Assembly (NCBI GenBank): GCA_964016885.1
Contig: OZ024742.1
Span: forward strand, 106,268,001-106,332,000
Origin: Eledone cirrhosa
Taxonomy: Eukaryota
Direction of reading: 5' to 3'
Length of the DNA: 64,000 nucleotides
Positions 57,601 to 64,000 of the stretch are shown here, one piece after another; positions within the stretch are counted from its first letter, which is position 1; each line of letters begins with the position of its first letter. The position numbers were made by a program, and so were the translations under genes. The notes under the pieces were generated by a model. That model made no database searches, was not told the DNA's origin, and saw only the letters and a program-made list of their open reading frames with translations.

Positions 57601-58949
57601 GGAGAGAAAAGTAAAGAGAGAGAGAGACAGAGAGAGAGGAGGGGAAGAGAGAGAGAGAGAGTGGGGAACAGAGCTAGAGGCAGAGTGTGGCTGTTAGTTA
57701 AAGCTTTGACGGACATAATGTCATTAAGGATATTTCCACTATGTTGAAACGGAAGAAAACCAAATGTCTCCAGCTCGGGAACAAATATTAACATTTTTAA
57801 ATGATTGCTCTCTTGTATGGAATAATGTGATGTGTGCCTGCGCTTATTCTTGAGTGCCTATGTGTGAATGAGTGTTATTCCCTTCTGTGTCTATGCTTGT
57901 GTGCATATGTATATGTGTGAAATAGTGTCACCTGTGTTTACGCTTATACTCGTGCTCGTATGTGTATGTGTATGTGTATATGTGTGTATCTGTGTGAGTG
58001 TGCGCCTTTAAGGGATTCGCCAGTGTACACTCATATGGTATGACACATTCAACGTTAGAGATAAACTGATAGGTGGTCAGAGACGGTAATTTTGTTTCCA
58101 CTTAGGATTGAAACCGTTTCAGTTCAGTTAATTCATTTGCTGGTGATGCTGGAAAGCTTTTATTTGTTTGCCACAAAATCCCGAGGCCCTTTCGTCTATT
58201 GCAACATATTAATATCGTAGGGGAATTAGTCTCACTAGAGCAACTATCACAATTGTATTGAAAACATTAATTGACAAGCCATCGAGGTAGGCTCTACATG
58301 GCTACTCGACCTTCTAGAAATAGCAGACAAATCAACATTAAATCGCTCGTTACTCTTTAAAAAGAAATGAAAGAAAACGAAAAGGAAGAACACGTGGTAT
58401 AAATGACTGCTAGATGCACTATGACAGGGTGGTCATAGCTAGGATGCCTTTGATTATAGGTCAGCTCGACCAGACTTGACCTGAAGCTGAATAACAACAA
58501 ATATTTTTTTTCAGGGAATAAGTCAAACACAAATTCTGTAAGATTCATTACATGGTTGGTCTTAATTTCCGGTTGTAGCATGCCATTTTATTACATTTAA
58601 TATATCCTTTAGAAAGGCATGAACACCACACACACACATACTCTGCCTACAATTCTGAGGACTCAGTAAAATAAGTCAACTATGCTATAGTGACATATAC
58701 ACACACACACGCGCGCACAAACATACATACACACATACTCACATACGCCTACATGCACATATGTACGCTTAGTATATGACGGATGTAAGACTATATGTAC
58801 ATACACATACACATAGAGACATATATATGTGTATGTGTAGCGTATGTGTGTGTATGTATGTACACATATACAGATAAAGGATGATTTTCCAGAGGGACCA
58901 CTGTTAAATAAGGTAGTCAATACATTGCGTGCTTACTTGCTTGTCTGTT

Positions 58950-61900
58950 ATGTAATACAGCCAAAAGGGCGCATAATGGGTAAATACTTTCAAAGCAAGT
59001 TGCCTCTGAAATGGGAATACAAATTGAATAAAACAAGTTTCGCTAAAATTTGACACCGGGTTCCCGATATTCGCGGGGGGGGGGGGGGTAACCTTCGTAA
59101 ATAGCCACAACGGTACATACTGGGAAAATACCTCGAAATTAACATAACCCTGCAAAACTTCGTAAATAGCCAAAACATTGCATAATGAGAAAATACTCTG
59201 AATAAAACAAGTTTGGCGTAAATCGCACATGGACAATATTTTCAATTTTCCAAAAATAGCAAGGAATTCATTTAAATTCAATTTAACTTATTTTATAATG
59301 AATATCGAAAGAAATAATCCATTTGTTTTTTGGTTGTCTATTCTGTAGGTAAGAGAGACAGAGAGGGGTGAGAGGGAGAAAGAGAGAGAGAGAGAGGGGT
59401 GAGAGTGAGAAAGAGAGAGAGAGGGATGAGAGACAGAAAGAGAGAAAGAGTGAGGGGATGAGAGAGAGAGGGGGATGACAGATAGGGAAAGAGACAGCGT
59501 CCTTAACTTTTATTTATTTTAACTCTCCCCCTAACCATAACGTTATTTCTTTCTCTCTCTTTCACAGTTATACTGCCACCGTGCGTATCTGTATATGTAT
59601 GTGTGCCAGTGCATGTGTTTACGTACTTAGAGATATGTGTGTGTGTGTATGTGTGTGTAACAGTACTTAAGTTAGAGACATATACGTATATATATATATA
59701 TTTGTGTGTGGGGGATACCTTCGTGAATAGCCAAAACGCTGCATAATGGAAAAATAGCCCTGTAAGTGATATAACCCTGAAATGGGGATAAAACAGGTTT
59801 GACGTAAATCGACATAAAAATATTTCTCGAATGATGAAAATAGTTTAATAATTATTTAAAAAAAGTTTTCTGTGATTTCTCAGTGAATATGATTTCAAAA
59901 CTACAAGTTGTTTGTACTTCAAGTATCTATATTCGAGCTTTCTTTAAACAGACGATATTTTAATTATCAGAAAAGCATTAAGTGAATATCACTGAAAAAT
60001 ACCAGTTGGTGTTAAACAGTAGGTGTTTATATTTTTGCTTTTGTTAAAAAGAATATTTCAATTATTTAGAAATATTTTAAAGTGAATTTGATTTCACAAA
60101 TAGCTTTATTTACATAGACAATATCTTCATTTTTTTTTTTATTATTTTCAAGTGAATACGATGGAAAAAATATTTCTTGGCATATTTAAAAAATATTCTT
60201 AAGTGAAAATGACTTAAAAAATAAAAAATTATTTGTACACTGCGTATATATATTTCAGCTTTCTTTAAACAGAATATTTTAATTATTAATAAGTATTTTT
60301 TAAGTGAATATGATTTGAAAAATAATTGTTTAAACAGACAATATTTTCATTATTTAGAAATATTTCTAAATGATGGTTTTAAAAATTATTTGTTGAGGTA
60401 ATAGGAATTTTTTGTAAGGTGAATACGATTTTCTATTCTTAAATAATTCCTCGACGAGGAATAAAGAAAACATCTGGTTGGTCTATCTATAGTGGAAAAA
60501 AAGCACGGCTAAGCTGAGCCGAAGAAGGTGAGCAAGATAGTGGTCAACGCCAACAAGATCGAGACAGGCATGTGAATAGAAGGATCGGTGAGACTGATAA
60601 AGCAAGGGCTGCGCGTTTGGCGAAACAGAGGGAAAGAGACAGAAGCAGGAGAGATCATGAATCGGATGGTTGGAGAGCTGGGCGTCTGGCGGAATAGAGG
60701 GAAAGAGACAGAAGCAGGAGACATCATGAATCGGATATAAGATATGTGTCTGTTGTCATGGGGAAACTGCTAACTTTTGCTGTATGAATGGAAAAGTCAG
60801 GTTGGGGAATCTGCAGCCTTTACCCCAGGAACTTCACAGTTTATTTAGTACTGATCAACCTAAGACAAACGAGTTCAGGAAGAACCTCAGAAAATACAAC
60901 TGCCTGTTCCAAATGACATTTTGGGGGGCTGAAGAAGTTCGTTCCTCAAGGAGTGGATGGAATCCTTCCTTCGTTATTCATGGCCAAATTCACCATTACA
61001 TCGGTTCCTTAACCCCTAATCACAACGAACAGCCCCAATTTCTTCAAATTTACTTCTTGGAACCTCAGGATAGTATTGATTTGAGCATCAGGATACTCCA
61101 TGATGATGGCATTCAGCGCGACATAGTTGAATTATTGGAAATAATACTCAGACAATATAACCCTTACGTTGCTTCATTTCGAATGGCAAAAGAACAAATT
61201 AAAAATATTCCCGAAGCTTCGATTATTATTGATCCTGATGGGAGACCAGCAATGGAACATGAGAGAAGATTCAATGCACAAACTGCAAACGAAGTTGCCG
61301 TTATTATACAAAACAGCACCGAACTTCAAGCAAAAGCACGGCACATTGTGTTGAAAGAAAAAGGCGGACAATTGCAAATAATCTCAGAGTCCCATCGGTC
61401 CTATGACAGTTTGCAGTATGTTCTATTTGTTTCCTTTTGGCGATGACGTATGGCATCATGAGCTGTTAATGAACAACAACAAGAAGTTGACGCCAATGCG
61501 CTACTAATCCTATCGAATAATGAACCATGAGAATGAATTCAACCAACTTCTCAGAGGCGGTCGTTTATTTCAGCAATATTTGGTTGACATGGCTGCGAAT
61601 ATTGAAGGAGATAGACTGCAATACATCCGAATGAATCAAACATCATTGCGATCTACAACATACAAAGGCCTTACTGACGCATTGAATGATGATGACGATT
61701 TTCGTAATATTTGCAGGCGAATCATACTATCTTCCACATTTTTCGGTGGACCGAGATATATGATGGAGCAATGCCAGGATGCCATGATGTACATACGGAA
61801 GTACGGCAATCCTTCGTTCTTCATCACAATGACATGCAATCCAAACTGGCCTGAAATCCGGCAAAACCTATTCCGGAATCAGAAGCCACATGACAGGCCA

Positions 61901-64000
61901 GATTTAATTGCCAGAGTATTTGACCTGAAGCGGAAACTGTTAAGAAAGTATCTTACTGGAGTAGATGGCCTATTTGGCAAGTGCATTGCTTACGTGCTGA
62001 CAGTCGAATATCAAAAGCGAGGTCTTCCTCATGTGCACTGTTTGCTATGGCTCAATGAAGCTTCCAATCCCAGACCGCAGGAATATGATAAATTTGTTCA
62101 AGCCGAGATACCAGATCCAAACAAAGATCCAGAGGGTCATGAATTGGTGCTGAAGCACATGATCCACGGTCCGAATTGCTCTAACAATTCGCCGTGTTGG
62201 AAAGATGGAACGTGCAGTAAGCGGTAACCTAAGCTTTTCAATGAATATACATTGTGTGGAGAGGACTCTTATCCTGTGTACAGAAGACGGTCTCCAGGAA
62301 TGGGAGGATTTGAGGGACACCAAGAAGGAAGGGGAAGCCGAAATATAACTTCGGAATGGGTGGTTCCCTACAATATGAAACTATTAAAACTGTTCAACTG
62401 CCACCTAAACGTAGAGATGCGCTCTTCCGTAAAATCGATCAAATACGTTATCAAATATACCATGAAGGGCAGTGATCAGGCAATGTTTGGAGTGAACAGG
62501 GAAGATGAGATAATACAGTATTTAACAGGAAGATATATCGGTCCTTCAGAAGTTGTTGCCTTGGTACTTGGATTTCCAATTCATGAGAGAGAACCGGCCG
62601 TAGTTCGCCTTCAAGTTCATCTACCTGAGGAAAATCAAATCTTTCGAGTCAATGCTGCTGTTAAAGTAAACAATAACATGGCTAAGACGACTCTGACTGA
62701 GTTCATGGATCTTTGCGATCGCGATCCGTTTGCAAAAACATTGTATTATGCCGATGTCCCAAAGTTTTACACTTGGAGTAATAAGATGGGAAAGGAGAAA
62801 GGTGGGGAAAACAGTTGAGCAGTATCCAGGGATTTTTGAGGCGAACGTTTTGGGACGAGTATACGCTGTTTCTCCACGAAGTGGTGACCTGTATTATTTA
62901 AGACTCCTTCTGCATCACGTCAAAGGGCCAGTATCCTTCAACTCTTTGAAAATGTGTGATGGAGAACTGCTGCCAATATTCAAAGACGTCTGCAGAGAGA
63001 AAGGTTTGCTTCAATCGGATGATCATTGGCAGTAGACTCTGGAAGATGCTGAGCGAACAAGGCTTCCCAAAGCCATGAGAGATATATTCATCGTGCTCCT
63101 CACAAATACGGAAATTGACAATTCCAGTGCTTTATGAGTTCGATTTAAGCATTCGCTGTCTGAGGATTACCTTCAAATAGAAAAAAGGTCTACCAGAAAT
63201 TCTGACCTTTTGATTAGCGAGAGACATTATGATCAATGTCTTCTGTATTTTGAAGACAAACTTAACGACCTGGGCAAAAGTCTTAGTGACTTTAACTTGC
63301 CAAGGCCAAATAATATTGTTGCTAATCAGGATATTGGCAATTTGGAGTCATTGCATGAATTGCAATACAGCAGAGAAGAGCAGCGACGATTTGTAGAAGA
63401 GACGGAGCCTCTATTGAATAGTGAAAAACACGTGTACGACTTCGTTTGTAACAGTTTAGAGACGAGCACATCTGCATAGATTTTCATTGACGCTCCAGGT
63501 GGAACAGGAAAGACATTCCTGATTAACTTAATTCTTTCAAAAGTCATAGGAAACGGTGACGTGGCTATTTCTGTTGCGTCATCTGGCATTGCCGCAACAC
63601 TGATGCCTGGTGGAAGAACAGCGCATTCTAGGTTCAAAATACCGATAGTAGTGAAAGAAAATGGTCTGTGCAACATTGATAAAAACTCAAAGACGGCAAA
63701 CCTCTTCCAGCATACAAGGCTGATTGTTTGGGATGAGTGTCCTATGATTCGGAGGGAAAGCTTCGAAGCTGTTGACCTCACTCTGCATGACATATGCGAC
63801 ACCACTGAGGCATTCGGTGGAATTTTGACAATTTGCTGTGGCGATATCCGTCAGCTCCTTCCGGTAGTGAAAAGGGGAAATGAAGCAGACGTGGAAAACG
63901 CCTGCATTAAAAATCCTACTTATGGCGAAGCTTCAAAAGATTTCAGTTAAAGACAAACATGCGATTGGGTGGGGGAGCAGGAGACTATTCACAGTTCCTA
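58950..64000 (+). mobile_element. Helitron (left boundary approximate; runs off the window)
   Basis: RepHel pseudogene plus an upstream region with repeated CTTCGT.AATAGCCA.AAC motifs (~59092, 59158, 59719) and degenerate AT-rich tandem repeats at 59870-60440. The 5' TC terminus was not identified. Confidence 0.8.
60500..64000 (+). pseudogene. Helitron Rep/Pif1-helicase (RepHel) pseudogene
   Basis: HUH Rep motifs FITMTCNPNWPEI, VEYQKRGLPHVHCLLW, KYVIKYTMKG; helicase motifs IDAPGGTGKTF (~63486), VASSGIAATLMPGGRTAHSRFKIP, IVWDECPM, GDIRQLLPV. In-frame stops at ~61506, 62225, 63033, 63135, 63477 and frameshifts near 61440, 62785 and 63915. Confidence 0.95.

Noticed and set aside
63326-63805. 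159-aa minus-strand ORF
   Set aside because: Antisense shadow of the Helitron helicase coding sequence.

Overview
AT-rich, microsatellite-saturated metazoan DNA; the repeat content suggests an octopus/coleoid cephalopod, which is an inference. The only host gene I can support is the 3' part of a netrin/UNC-6-type gene on +: a 150-bp laminin-EGF (LE3/V-3) exon at 4742-4891 and a candidate in-frame terminal exon at 24036-24343. That terminal exon encodes an extremely Lys/Arg-rich tail where an NTR/C345C domain would be expected. The rest is transposon-derived: many tRNA-derived SINEs, R4/Dong-, RTE-, Tx1/L1- and other LINE fragments, a mariner-type MITE, two minisatellites and a pseudogenised Helitron (Rep/Pif1 helicase, STPR-like repeats) running off the right end. 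The most unusual signal is a set of short elements embedded in (TA)n tracts that carry hammerhead-ribozyme folds with non-canonical cores and form inverted repeats, as Penelope-like elements do. In one copy the inversion breakpoint falls at the predicted ribozyme cleavage site. Nearly all ORFs in the supplied track are microsatellite artefacts. All folds and family assignments were made by eye.
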